This document shows, piece after piece, positions 49,564 through 63,397 of a DNA stretch of 64,000 nt (the stretch's first letter is position 1; each line of letters opens with the position of its first letter). The notes beneath the pieces were generated by a model. The model ran no database searches. It was not told where the DNA came from and saw only the letters and a list, made by a program, of their open reading frames with translations. Source of the DNA: Octopus bimaculoides (taxonomy: Eukaryota); contig NC_068985.1 in the NCBI RefSeq assembly GCF_001194135.2, forward strand, positions 48,401,948 through 48,465,947, written 5' to 3'. The position numbers and the translations under genes are program-made.

Positions 49564-51889
49564 NNNNNNNNNNNNNNNNNNNNNNNNNNNNNNNNNNNNN
49601 NNNNNNNNNNNNNNNNNNNNNNNNNNNNNNNNNNNNNNNNNNNNNNNNNNNNNNNNNNNNNNNNNNNNNNNNNNNNNNNNNNNNNNNNNNNNNNNNNNNN
49701 NNNNNNNNNNNNNNNNNNNNNNNNNNNNNNNNNNNNNNNNNNNNNNNNNNNNNNNNNNNNNNNNNNNNNNNNNNNNNNNNNNNNNNNNNNNNNNNNNNNN
49801 NNNNNNNNNNNNNNNNNNNNNNNNNNNNNNNNNNNNNNNNNNNNNNNNNNNNNNNNNNNNNNNNNNNNNNNNNNNNNNNNNNNNNNNNNNNNNNNNNNNN
49901 NNNNNNNNNNNNNNNNNNNNNNNNNNNNNNNNNNNNNNNNNNNNNNNNNNNNNNNNNNNNNNNNNNNNNNNNNNNNNNNNNNNNNNNNNNNNNNNNNNNN
50001 NNNNNNNNNNNNNNNNNNNNNNNNNNNNNNNNNNNNNNNNNNNNNNNNNNNNNNNNNNNNNNNNNNNNNNNNTATATATATATATATATATCCTCCTTTA
50101 TCTTTCTGCGATTCTCTCTGTCTGTGCATATATATGTGTGTCTGTGCGCGCGCATGTATGTGCGTGTATATGGAGAAAGAGACGGACAGACAGACAGATA
50201 CACAGACAGATAGATTGTCAAAGAACTAGATAGGAAGATTAATGTGCATATTAGTATTCGTAAGCAAATGAGATGTATAAATTCGTTACACTGTAATATC
50301 GTTTAAAAAATTTCAACTATTCATCCAAATAAGACTATTTCAGCATATTGTCTGGAAGTTAAAACGTGGTTCCATAATCGGTGTTGAATTTCTTTTAACT
50401 CTGATTTCGTAACGTATGATGTTAAAGTTAACTTCATCGAAAAAGCCGATATTTGTGAAAGCCCATGAATTTAGTAATGTTCCATAATACCGAGAGGTGA
50501 CTATAATATAGCCTTTTGAAAAGTGATTACTTAGGGAGAGAACGTTTCAAAAACATTCATAGTTCTGAGAATATAAGACTGCTTGTTTGTTTTTTATCTT
50601 ACGCTGATTTAAAAGTATCACCACGAGCCAAAATAAAGCAAGCAATTAACGTTACAATTGAGTGCACATACAATCTTAAAATAACACAGGAGCGCCTCAA
50701 ACGATGGATTGGGAAACAAAACTTTGATAAGCACTAATAAAATTTCCTGACATGCAAGGAGCTAGCCTGAAATATATGTAATAATCCGCATATGGCAATC
50801 AAATAGGTGAAAGTTAAGAAAACTGGCCTTCTCCGTGTGTGTGCATGGAGAGAATTTTTCTATATAGAACTGAAACATGGTCTATGGAGGGGAAACTTCA
50901 AGATCGCTTTGTTCATACACCAGTCTTTTCCAGAGGTCTCAAGCTATAATATGGCATGAGTAGAAGACTGAAGAGAATTATGGACACATTTAACCCAACA
51001 CTACAACTATTACTCAACGGAAGATAAACGTTGCTGAACAAGGCTTTCATGCTGGTTAAATTTTGGAGATATCCTGCAACTTGATATAAGACAAGAACCA
51101 TGAATGAAATTCGTTAACGTACAGATTTTCTACGGCCAAATCCACTTTCTGCTTCGTCACTAACATTATTGTCACTAACAAAGACACAGAAAAAGAAATT
51201 AAGGTCCTACTAAAATTAACTGAGATGAGTGATCCCTAATACAGTGCAGTGAAAAGAATGACGGTTGCAGCTGCTTGAAGATCTTCCGGTCAGATCAATA
51301 ACTGAATTTCATCAGGTGTCTTATCCTTAGTTACATACTTAGCATTGGGCTGGATTCCGTCATGAAAGCTATATAATAAGTATTGTTGTTTTGAAACCTT
51401 GTTGAAAAAGAAAGGATTCCTGTTGGAATCCATTCTAGATTCCATCAAGCAGGTACCTTATAAAGATCGCAGATCAAATTGATCGAAATTAAATATTAAC
51501 TCATCTCAAACCTTAATATTATAACGTATTATTGGCTTCTGTCAGTTCCAATTCAGCAAAGATATCGAATACATCCTAAATCTGCATTTGAAGCTTTAGA
51601 TGAATGAAAGATGAATAGGAGATTGGTCTACATATTCGTTCATCTCAAGAAATTTCTCAAATATATCATTTATATATAAATATCGTTTGCATGTCACTTT
51701 ATCCAGTGGCGAAATACTGTATTTTACTTACATCATTAGTGGTAAAAGTGCATATTTCGTTAGTGTTGCTGAATGTGTAACATATTTTAAACGCATACCG
51801 CCCCCGCCAACACAATTACCAACTTACAAACATTCACACGCAAATACAAATACTCCATCATGCATGTATAAATATATGTATATGTGATG

Positions 51890-51920
<31 letters not shown>

Positions 51921-51921
51921 G

Positions 51922-51959
<38 letters not shown>

Positions 51960-53639
51960 TACGGACATATATACATAGACAAATGGCTGCTTATTTGCAT
52001 GAGTACATACACCCATACATACACATACATAGTGTGTAGATGCGCGTGGTGTGCTTGCGTTTGCAGATATTTATGTGTTTGTGCATGTGCCTATGTGCGT
52101 ATATGTTTATGTGTTTCTGTGTATGTGTGTGAGTGTGTGTTTGTGTGTATATGTGTATATATGTATGTGTCTGAGTGAGCGCGTGTGCGTGGGTGTGTAA
52201 ACATAGAAAGAAAAAGCGGATAGGCGAAGCAATTGTGATGTTAAAATATTTCTGTACTTTAATTAGTGGACCGTGTTTTCTAATCCATTACAGGCATTCC
52301 ATCTTGGTGTTGTTTAATTCCTTAATCACTTGGACATTCCGCATCTCAGTAAACCATTACCCAGTCATACTCACACTGGCAATTTCATGTAGGCCGAGAG
52401 GCATATAAAGTTACATTTAAATAGTTTACTTTCGAACACAGACAACAGCTGCAACCTTTTGGAAAACCTCATCTACTGATCTAATTCCCATAATTTAGGT
52501 ATATATACAAGTGTAAGTATGTGTGTGTGAGTGTGTGTGTATGTTTTGTGTGTGTAGGTCTATATATACGTGTGTTTTAATACTACATGGATTTTCGTAA
52601 TGAATTATGCAACAGACTGCGGTATTTGCATTGTTAGCAGACACCCGTACTGCCTATATTCTCTTGCGAATGACTAATTTATCAATGAAGTTAATTTGCT
52701 TTTAAATCGCTTCAGTGTATGCATATGAGTGAAATATTATTAAGCAATGAATTGAAACTATGCAATCACTTTGTAATTCAATAACAGAGTTGGAATTGAA
52801 ATTTTATTCTGTTCCATTAATGTATCGATTTAATTTTAATATCACATCTACCTAATCACTTTCGACTGAATTTCATAGTTTGATGTGACGTTTGTGCTAA
52901 AAATTATTCACCCACATTAACATGTACATAAGTGTCTTTCAGAAACTTTGCCCATACTAAATTAAACAATGCAGTCTATGGCGTTCTATTTTATGTTCTA
53001 TTTCCTACATATTCTTATGAGATTTTCGTACGTCAGCTGGGATTTTCAATATTAAATTACGTATAAGCTATAATAATCCATCGATGTCTGTATGTCTACA
53101 TAAACTTGCAATGATGATGATACATGTTTAAATGTCCTAACTGTACTGATTGGTATATTTAATATTATTTATTCTTTTCAAAAACGGAAAGACTTGAATT
53201 TAACGGATTTGTAGAATGTATAGTAACTTCTAAAATCACTTCATTTTACTTCATTGTAACTGTGTCATATCTGAACTTAAACTGAAAATAAGCTTTACAA
53301 TAGTAACATAGGAATGAATTCTGAAATGTGGGCTACTCTTGAAATTATCCTTGCTGTTCATTATAAAATCAATGTCATTAAGAGAAGAATTCGCGAAGCC
53401 GTTCGTACATAGACAATCGGGGACACCTGACACGCCATCCAGCATCTTTTGGCTACAGTAATTTTTGGCACCTGAGGCAAACACACACACACACACAAAG
53501 ACACACACATACATACAAATGCACACACACACTCGCTCACACACATGCACACACACACTCGAGCACACACACACACATACAGTCACACACACAAACACAA
53601 AAACACAAACATATACATATACATATACACACACATCGT

Positions 53640-53800
53640 ATGATAGGAAGCTTGATCTCCAGCCCCCATGGATCCAAGTTCAGTGGCGCTTTTGGCAAGT
53701 GTCTTCTACTAGAGCCTTAGGCCAACCAAAATCCTTGTAAGTGGATTTGGTAGACGGAAACTGAAAGAAGCACATACACATACATATATATGTACGTGTA

Positions 53801-53841
<41 letters not shown>

Positions 53842-54060
53842 TTGTGTCTGTGTTTGTCCCTCTCACTGCTTCACAACTGGCGTTGGTGTGGTTACATCAC
53901 CGTAACTTAACGTTTCGGTAAAAGAGACCGAAAGAATAAATACTAGGCTTAAGAAATTAGTCATGGTTCCATCTGTTCGACTGAAACCCTCCAAGGCGGT
54001 GCTCCAGCATGGCTGTAGTCAAATGACTGACACAGGTAAATGAATAAAAGAATAAAAGAA
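53640..54060 (+). mobile_element. SINE family K
   Basis: TTTGGCAAGTGTCTTCTACTAGAGCCTTAGGCCAACCAAA..GTGGATTTGGTAGACGGAAACTGAAAGAAGC, internal (TG)n, AAGGCGGTGCTCCAGCATGGCTGTAGTCAAATGACTGA, (ATAAAAG)n tail. Confidence 0.88.
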
Positions 54061-54814
54061 ATAAAAATAGAAATACTGAAAGAGAGGGAGACAGAGACGA
54101 AAACCGAGCGACATCACTATTGATTGTAAACAATTAACATAAGAACTGCTTCTCTTCTCATGAATATAAAGAGAACCATGTTCTCTAGCATAAACAAAGA
54201 GAGAAAAACAGAGAGACGGGGAGAAAGAAAAGCATGTTAAAACGAGAACGCCAGCTGCCCTAACTCTTCGAAACGCCAATGTTATAATGGTGGCAGCTGA
54301 TGGAGGAAATGTTCTCTATGTGGCCTGTGTGTTTTCTGTACCTTGTTTATCATTTTGTCCATGTTTTTTTTTTTGCAACATCATGTACCCAGATATGCAT
54401 CTATATATACATGTAGATGAAGGTATGTACATACATGCATATATATATGCATATACTCATATATTATTTGTAAAAATTGAAATAGATATAAGACAAAATC
54501 CAATGAGCAACACCAAACAAGCAGCGCCGAAATGGCCTTTAAGATAAAAGAAAAATCAGGTATCGTATAAAGTGGTTCTTCAAAATTGGTATCGCTATGC
54601 AATTACTCAAACACATAAATGCAAAACACTGGAATTTGACATATTTTATACATGCTAATTCATATATGAACAAATAAATATATCACACACATGTACACAC
54701 GTAGATACACAAACACACACATGTACGCGCGCGCATCGGCAATATGATATAGAATAATGAGTGAAAGAAGCATATGTGTATTCTGTCTGTTGAGTTTGTG
54801 CACATATGCATATG

Positions 54815-54847
<33 letters not shown>

Positions 54848-55964
54848 NNNNNNNNNNNNNNNNNNNNNNNNNNNNNNNNNNNNNNNNNNNNNNNNNNNNN
54901 NNNNNNNNNNNNNNNNNNNNNNNNNNNNNNNNNNNNNNNNNNNNNNNNNNNNNNNNNNNNNNNNNNNNNNNNNNNNNNNNNNNNNNNNNNNNNNNNNNNN
55001 NNNNNNNNNNNNNNNNNNNNNNNNNNNNNNNNNNNNNNNNNNNNNNNNNNNNNNNNNNNNNNNNNNNNNNNNNNNNNNNNNNNNNNNNNNNNNNNNNNNN
55101 NNNNNNNNNNNNNNNNNNNNNNNNNNNNNNNNNNNNNNNNNNNNNNNNNNNNNNNNNNNNNNNNNNNNNNNNNNNNNNNNNNNNNNNNNNNNNNNNNNNN
55201 NNNNNNNNNNNNNNNNNNNNNNNNNNNNNNNNNNNNNNNNNNNNNNNNNNNNNNNNNNNNNNNNNNNNNNNNNNNNNNNNNNNNNNNNNNNNNNNNNNNN
55301 NNNNNNNNNNNNNNNNNNNNNNNNNNNNNNNNNNNNNNNNNNNNNNNNNNNNNNNNNNNNNNNNNNNNNNNNNNNNNATATATATATGGTAGTATTTATC
55401 TCCACTTTAACGTGAGTGTCCTCTAAGAGATGACGATACTGCAATTTTAAACCCCCACCGCAAGACATCTGCAGCTGGTTTATTTAGTCCTGTACCAAAT
55501 CACTAATATTTATTGCGAGGGGAGATAATTCCCTCCATCTTGCCTTCGAGATAACCACACAACAAGTGATTTCGATGTTGTTGGATTTCCATCTTTTGCC
55601 AGACATTGCAGTTGTTCAACTTCGTGTGAAATATATAGAAAAGACAGTGTAATACAATCGCTGATTTTCTAACTAGGAAACTAGTGAGTTGGAAACTCTC
55701 TGTTCAAGATAAAACATTTGTTCGACGTTAAACTACTATCATGATTAGCAAACGAGTGCCCGCCACCGAAGAAATCCAATAAGATCGAAATCACGTTGTT
55801 TCGTCTTTACAAAGCTAGGATGGCAAACTTATCTCTCGCTTGTAAGCAATAAGTGTCGAATACGGAAAATACAGTGATTAAACTAACTGGAAGAAGTGTC
55901 TATCCAGGATTAATATCGCAGTATCGTCGTCTCTTAGGGAACATCCACGTTAACGCGCGCGTGT

Positions 55965-56155
55965 ATGTAAAGGTGCTTAGCCAAGTGGTTAAGGTTCTGC
56001 TCCCGGATTGGGTGGTGCGTTGTGTTCTTGAACAAAACACGTCATTTATAATTGTTCCAGTTCGCTCGGCTGTAAATGGGTAAGGTTATGACGGAATAGT
56101 CTTCCAATCAGGTGGAATGTTAGCTCGGTCGCTTAACTAGCCAGCTGGCATCATT
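55965..56155 (+). mobile_element. tRNA-SINE family F fragment (CORE-like block)
   Basis: AAGGTGCTTAGCCAAGTGGTTAAGG A-box head; GCGTTGTGTTCTTGAACAAAACAC..GTTCCAGTTCGCTCGGCTGTAAATGGGT resembles CORE-type blocks. Confidence 0.6.
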
Positions 56156-56258
56156 CGAATGCTAAAACAATACGAACCGCATTGTGACAAGCGATGTATA
56201 ACGATATCTGATAATCCGGTCAATACCATGATACATACATACAAACATACAAAGTCTA

Positions 56259-56321
<63 letters not shown>

Positions 56322-56334
56322 GATAGGTAAATAG

Positions 56335-56389
<55 letters not shown>

Positions 56390-57425
56390 CAGAGCTGAAT
56401 AAATGGATAGATGCATAGGTTTTTCTGCATATCTAAACATACATATCAATTGCTATTAGCTAACGGACTTCTACTTTCTACATTTATTGTTATAGTGATA
56501 TTCCGAAGATATTAATATGTTTTCCCTTTTTATAATACACACTTATACGCATACCAACACGTAGCCTTAGTTACATACCTATGNNNNNNNNNNNNNNNNN
56601 NNNNNNNNNNNNNNNNNNNNNNNNNNNNNNNNNNNNNNNNNNNNNNNNNNNNNNNNNNNNNNNNNNNNNNNNNNNNNNNNNNNNNNNNNNNNNNNNNNNN
56701 NNNNNNNNNNNNNNNNNNNNNNNNNNNNNNNNNNNNNNNNNNNNNNNNNNNNNNNNNNNNNNNNNNNNNNNNNNNNNNNNNNNNNNNNNNNNNNNNNNNN
56801 NNNNNNNNNNNNNNNNNNNNNNNNNNNNNNNNNNNNNNNNNNNNNNNNNNNNNNNNNNNNNNNNNNNNNNNNNNNNNNNNNNNNNNNNNNNNNNNNNNNN
56901 NNNNNNNNNNNNNNNNNNNNNNNNNNNNNNNNNNNNNNNNNNNNNNNNNNNNNNNNNNNNNNNNNNNNNNNNNNNNNNNNNNNNNNNNNNNNNNNNNNNN
57001 NNNNNNNNNNNNNNNATATATATATATATATATATATATACAAATATATACATACATGTGTGTATGTATGTGTATTTACGGATTTGTATGTATAAATGTG
57101 TATAGTGCGTCAGACAGTAAAATTCAAAACGCAGTCGTATTAATTTTATCCGGTATAAATTCATATCTTTCTCTTCTTTATATTGAAACCAATATATTTA
57201 ATATTTACACTACGCCTTCTAAAACTCAATCTAATCGATTTATGTAATTTCGAAATTGGTCAGTTATATTTTTTTATCATATTAAATAACTCGTAATGAT
57301 GAATAGCGAAATGAAATTCTAGAAATTTCCTTCAAATTTTCGCGTAAATTAATCTCTTCTTCACAATGTGCATGTTAGAGGACTATTTCACAGTCTCTAG
57401 TTGCTTTCATTAATATCATTACTAT

Positions 57426-57499
<74 letters not shown>

Positions 57500-57830
57500 N
57501 NNNNNNNNNTCTATATATTTACCAATATGCAAATATATATACTTCGTTTTTGTATCTGGTTTGCAAGAATCTTTCTGTGTGTGTATGTGTGTGTCGAGGT
57601 GTGCGTGTGTGTGTTTTGGTATGTGTGTGTATGCCTGTATGTGTGTGAGCGTGTGCCTGTACTTCTGAATGCATTTAGAGATACTTACAGAGGCATACAC
57701 ACACACAAATATAAATATACAGTCTATATATTTACCAATATGCAAATATATATACTTCGTTTTTGTATCTGGTTTGCAAGAATCTTTCTGTGTGTGTATG
57801 TATACATACATGCGTACATGTATAAATATC

Positions 57831-57862
<32 letters not shown>

Positions 57863-58344
57863 AATACATATAATATTTATAAATATATATATGCATATAT
57901 ACATACATATATGCACTTATATAGTATTTATATTATATGTTTGAACGCCACGCATCCATTTCCAAGTAAGTTCATAGATATGTGTGTGTTTGTGTGTGTG
58001 TTTGTGTGTTTGTGTGTGTGTGGTGGGGGTGTCTGTTTGCGTATACGCGCGCGTACGTGCTCAAGTTTGTATGAATCTAAGCAAAACTATGATGCAATTT
58101 TTTAATTATTGCTTCTTATTTCTTACTCTTCTGTAGTTGTCGCAACTACTGATATTAGCAGCAACAACAACACCAGCAACAACAGCGACTATAATACTTA
58201 TAATGGTAATAATGTTAATAAAAATGAATACGGAATATAAAATGATGTTGGAGAAGTGATAACAAGAGATCGTACGAAATAGAGATTGATGATTCGAATG
58301 GGAAATAGCCAACACCATAATAGGGATTTTTTTAAAAAGCAATA

Positions 58345-58383
<39 letters not shown>

Positions 58384-59220
58384 TATATATATNNNNNNNN
58401 NNNNNNNNNNNNNNNNNNNNNNNNNNNNNNNNNNNNNNNNNNNNNNNNNNNNNNNNNNNNNNNNNNNNNNNNNNNNNNNNNNNNNNNNNNNNNNNNNNNN
58501 NNNNNNNNNNNNNNNNNNNNNNNNNNNNNNNNNNNNNNNNNNNNNNNNNNNNNNNNNNNNNNNNNNNNNNNNNNNNNNNNNNNNNNNNNNNNNNNNNNNN
58601 NNNNNNNNNNNNNNNNNNNNNNNNNNNNNNNNNNNNNNNNNNNNNNNNNNNNNNNNNNNNNNNNNNNNNNNNNNNNNNNNNNNNNNNNNNNNNNNNNNNN
58701 NNNNNNNNNNNNNNNNNNNNNNNNNNNNNNNNNNNNNNNNNNNNNNNNNNNNNNNNNNNNNNNNNNNNNNNNNNNNNNNNNNNNNNNNNNNNNNNNNNNN
58801 NNNNNNNNNNNNNNNNNNNNNNNNNNNNNNNNNNNNNNNNNNNNNNNNNNNNNNNNNNNNNNNNNNNNNNNNNNNNNNNNNNNNNNNNNNNNNNNNNNNN
58901 NNNNNNNNNNNNNNNNNNNNNNNNNNNNNNNNNNNNNNNNNNNNNNNNNNNNNNNNNNNNNNNNNNNNNNNNNNNNNNNNNNNNNNNNNNNNNNNNNNNN
59001 NNNNNNNNNNNNNNNNNNNNNNNNNNNNNNNNNNNNNNNNNNNNNNNNNNNNNNNNNGTATGTATGTATGCATGTATGTATGTATGTATGTATGAATATA
59101 TGAATGTATGTATGTATGTATATATGTAAGTGAATGTTTATCATCCGTGTTTTATATACTGGTTTTCCTTTTTGTAATTTTACTGGCACTTATTAATGAC
59201 CAAGTTTGTGACGCTGGAAT

Positions 59221-59222
59221 GT

Positions 59223-59307
<85 letters not shown>

Positions 59308-59312
59308 TGGCG

Positions 59313-59367
<55 letters not shown>

Positions 59368-59378
59368 TAGCAGCAGCA
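59221..59378. repeat. (GTA)n/(GCA)n compound tract
   Basis: Direct reading. Confidence 0.95.
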
Positions 59379-59868
59379 GGAGTTATTACATAGAAAATTA
59401 AAGTTTCAACCATTCAGCTATACGATACGTTCATCTCATCCACCTTTCAGAAAATGCATTGGAAAGCGGCAAACAGTTTTTCTTCAATCTCATATTCATT
59501 TTCATGTTTGACTTGACAAAACTAGTATAAAGTTGCCATAAAAAAAACGACTCTCTTTTTCTCCTCAGCCTCCGAAATCTTATTGACCATATTTGTTCTT
59601 TTTGTCATTAGATTTAGGAAAACATTTCGAACTTGTTTGTCAAACGAAAACAACGGTGCAGTTTTCACAGCTGTATCAGGAACGGTTGTTCGGGATGTCT
59701 TCATATGTCTATGATGTCTCGACGTAAAGCGAGTTTATGTTGGATGGTTTTGTAAGTCCGTGTATTTCTACAGTGTCCGGCTGACAGCATTCTTCTTTTA
59801 ATAGAGTTATAGCTGTCATGAGAAAGCTAGTCAGAAAATATATGTATTACAATTTATGTGTATTTAAT

Positions 59869-60249
59869 GAGTGGAGGCGCAATGGTCCAGTGGATAGGGC
59901 AGCGGTCATAGGATCGCGGTTTCGATTCCCAGACCGGGCGTTGTGAGTGTCTATTGAGCGAAAACATCTAAAGCTCCACGAGGCTCCGGCAGGGGATGAT
60001 GGCGAACCCTGCTGTACTCTTCCACAACAACTTTCTCTCACTCTTACTTCCTGTTTCTGTTGTACTTGTATTTCAAAGGGCCAGCCTTGTCAAACTGTGT
60101 CACGCTGAATATCCCCGAGAACTACGTTAAGAGTACACGTGTCAGTGGAATGGCCAGCCACTAGCACGTTAATTTCACGAGCAGGCTGTTCTGTTGATCG
60201 GATCAACTGGAACGCTCGACGTCGAAAGCGACGGAGTGCCAACAACAAC
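59869..60249 (+). mobile_element. Full-length tRNA-derived SINE, family R (resembles octopus OR-type SINEs as recalled)
   Basis: GGCGCAATGGTCCAGTGGATAGGGCAGCGG..GGTTTCGATTCCCAGACCGGGC head (A and B boxes), (AAC)n tail, 9-bp TSD GTATTTAAT at 59860-59868 and 60250-60258. Confidence 0.88.
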
Positions 60250-61359
60250 GTATTTAATTATATATTAATGTTTGAATGCATCATGGTTTACAATTGTGTG
60301 ATTGTGTAGGTCATAAATTTTCCCCACCCACCTTAAGAAATGCTTTACCTTCGATTCTAAACTCACCTTTATTCCCACCTACTCACAATACGTTACTCTT
60401 CACTAATAGTATTTTTGTGTTTCGTTCATGATTTCCACCTAACCGCCCTTCTGTCTGTTCGCATTAATTTAAGCTGTCATCTCATCATACTTAACTTTCT
60501 CTTTTAGCGGTTGTATGACGTATGTATCTATATTTCTATCTTCACGCCTGTTTGATCCTTCCTCGTTCCTGGTGTATTCTTAGTTTCTCACTTTGTAGCA
60601 CATTTTTGTAGTTGTCTGATTAGGTGTAAACCATCGAGACATGTTCGTAGCCGTCATCTTGACAGATAAAAAAGACCACATTTTTTGCCCGAAGCATAAA
60701 ACTCAATTTTCTCTGAAATTAATTCACAATTTCTTGAAGAAATTATCTCTTCCATTGTTGTAGAATTGCAAACCGTTACTGGCATGATCTCTTTTTATCT
60801 TTCACTATTTCTGAAGTACATTTCTAGTCATTAAAACAGTTCTTGTGCTATGAATCACATGACCAACTACTTGTACTTTATAATATATGAAGTTATGTTA
60901 TCTTTGTGTCGGGTAAATGTAAGAATATATGCATATATTTGTGTGTGTGTGTATGTGGATATATAATATGTATCTATGTGTCTGTACGTGTGCGTGTGTA
61001 CGTGTTTGTGTGTGTGTATATGTATGTGTGTGTGTATACATATGTTTGTGTGTCTATACATGTCTGTGTGCGCAATCTGTTGCCGAGTGATCTCTCAATT
61101 TGTCCTTAGTTCAATAACTAAAACCAGTAAAAGTCTCTATATATATATGTATAAAGAGGCAATTATGCGGATATTAAATATAACAGTTTGCGTATGAAAT
61201 ACAGAGAAAGTATATATGTATACATGCAAAACTACAGAAAGCAAAAAGTGGAGAATTTCAGACGATTAATATTTAAGTATAAATATATAGATATATATAT
61301 TAATAGATCAACTTCCAGAGAATACAAACGACAGAGAAAATTTAAAGTGTTATAAGTCA

Positions 61360-61477
61360 AATAGCTGTTTCTGAGGTGCTCGGAGATCCATCGTAATGTT
61401 GGTAGATGTAGTTCATCACAATATGCGGCCGGAATGGAAGCAATCAACATTGGATAAGACAAGTCTCCGTCATCAGG
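61360..61477 (-). ncRNA. Penelope-type minimal hammerhead motif, slightly degenerate
   Basis: Minus strand CTGATGA (61476-61470), C-GGAG..CTCA, GAAA (61371-61368), CAGCTAT; one substitution away from palindromic ACAGCTGT. Confidence 0.45.
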
Positions 61478-61691
61478 TTAGAAAAGATCTTACATTTCGG
61501 ATCTAAAATGCAGAGAAGTTCAATGATAGAATGATTAAATGTGGAGACCTAGCTTTATTAGAGCGAAGAAGTAGGAGGAACTGGTATTTTATATACCGAC
61601 AACCCCTCAAATATAAATGGCAACGTTGATTTAACCCCAAGGAAGGTCAGAGCGAAGGGAACCAAAAAGAGTTCCACCAGTTATTCTATAC

Positions 61692-61763
<72 letters not shown>

Positions 61764-63301
61764 GCCTGTCTCTCCCTCTCCCGCTCTCTATTACCGGTTC
61801 TGAAAATTCTTCATATTCTTATTACGCTGGTATGGTTCAGATGGCGATCAAGTGGTTCCAGTTGTTTCTTGTCTACAGCAAAGATCAGGCGGACTTTTTC
61901 AGAAAAGCAGAAAGAACGCGTTTGTTAACATGATTATAATACGTTGGTAAGCTAGCCTTTCGTAACTGAGTTACTTTCGTTGAGTAGGATCTGGATATAT
62001 TCTACGAGTAAAAGTGGCAGTGAGCGAAATATTTCAGATATGATGCAATCTGTGTCGCAGTTTTTGTGCAACTTCCATAATGAATCCTACGTGGAGTATT
62101 TACTTACCCTAAAGAAAATATATAGTTACCGTAATGTAACTATGGCAATGTTGACTTTGTTAAGGTAACAAAGTGATTACGTACTGGATTTTGAGAAGTA
62201 GGATATGCAGTGACATTTTTGTTTTTAGAAATATTTTCGTGTTGTTGATGGTGAGATAGAAAGTAGTACAATGTTTTTGTCGCCGTATGTGTAGTAATTG
62301 CGTTTTGGTACTGTTGAAGTAGCTCGGTTACTTAGTGCATTCAATCTGTGACCATTCAAATTTTTACCATTTTTTTTTCATGTCTAGTTTACATTGGGCA
62401 ACGATATTTATTATACTGTTTGTGTTAAGACAACTGAATTAAATTTATGTGGAGTTTCGACAAACTAGGATTCGTTAACTCAAAAACAGCGTTGTAGATC
62501 CAGAGTTCCCAGGCGTCCTTGTTGCCGGTATCCAGAGAAAACACGTGATAGACAAAGAAAGTAGGTTCTACGTAGTAATGCCCTCCACTCGCCAGAAAGT
62601 TGTTTGAATACCGTGTGCAACATTGACGGAAGAGATGGGTATAATATCTAAAATGAAAGGTTTGTTTCTCGAAAATTTACAAAATGGGGTTCCCGTAACT
62701 AGGGGGAGGGGTGCGGGGCGTGATGTGAACTTCTGCATTTTAGAAGGAGACGAGGAATAAAGTGAAGTTAGAACAGTAGTCTACGGACGTCGAAGTAAAT
62801 AGAAATTATGTCTGACATCACGTTCTTCGGTGCCTACGTGACGGAGACATTTTTCTCTGTGCGTTCGATTGCGTACATGTGTGTCACCAGCTGTTTCTAC
62901 AAGTTTCACTATGTAAAAGATGAATATTTTATTGAGATTTTGTAATATTATTTTTTAATATAGGAACTGTCATTTTACTATGTTATATTCTTTATTGACC
63001 TGTCAGTTCATAATCGCACCAATTATTTTCCAATAAATTAGATATAAATATCTAGTTCTGATTGTGTATGTATTGTGTCGTTAAAATTGGAGTTTTATTC
63101 GGCAGTTATCCACTTGAATTCAGCAGTGCACAAATGTAATCTATATTATTATTAAATATGTTTTCTGACTTTCTATGTCTATCGGCCTATTTATGTAACT
63201 GATGCAAGCATTTTATAACTTAAAACATGACCTTAGCTAAATTTACATGGACATTTATATGCAGAAAGATCGCGTTTGTGCCACACACACAGACACTCAC
63301 T

Positions 63302-63304
<3 letters not shown>

Positions 63305-63397
<93 letters not shown>

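Noticed and set aside
50950-51150. EQGFHAG resembling the LINE RT motif EQAGFR
   Set aside because: A single short motif with no colinear neighbouring RT motifs.
57510-57801. Exact ~78-bp direct duplication (57510-57587 and ~57724-57801)
   Set aside because: It starts immediately after a 10-N gap; most likely an assembly artefact.
59872-59945. tRNA-like sequence (also at 39113, 55965 and the SINE A heads)
   Set aside because: These are SINE heads with A/B boxes but no complete cloverleaf, and they continue into SINE bodies; they are not tRNA genes.
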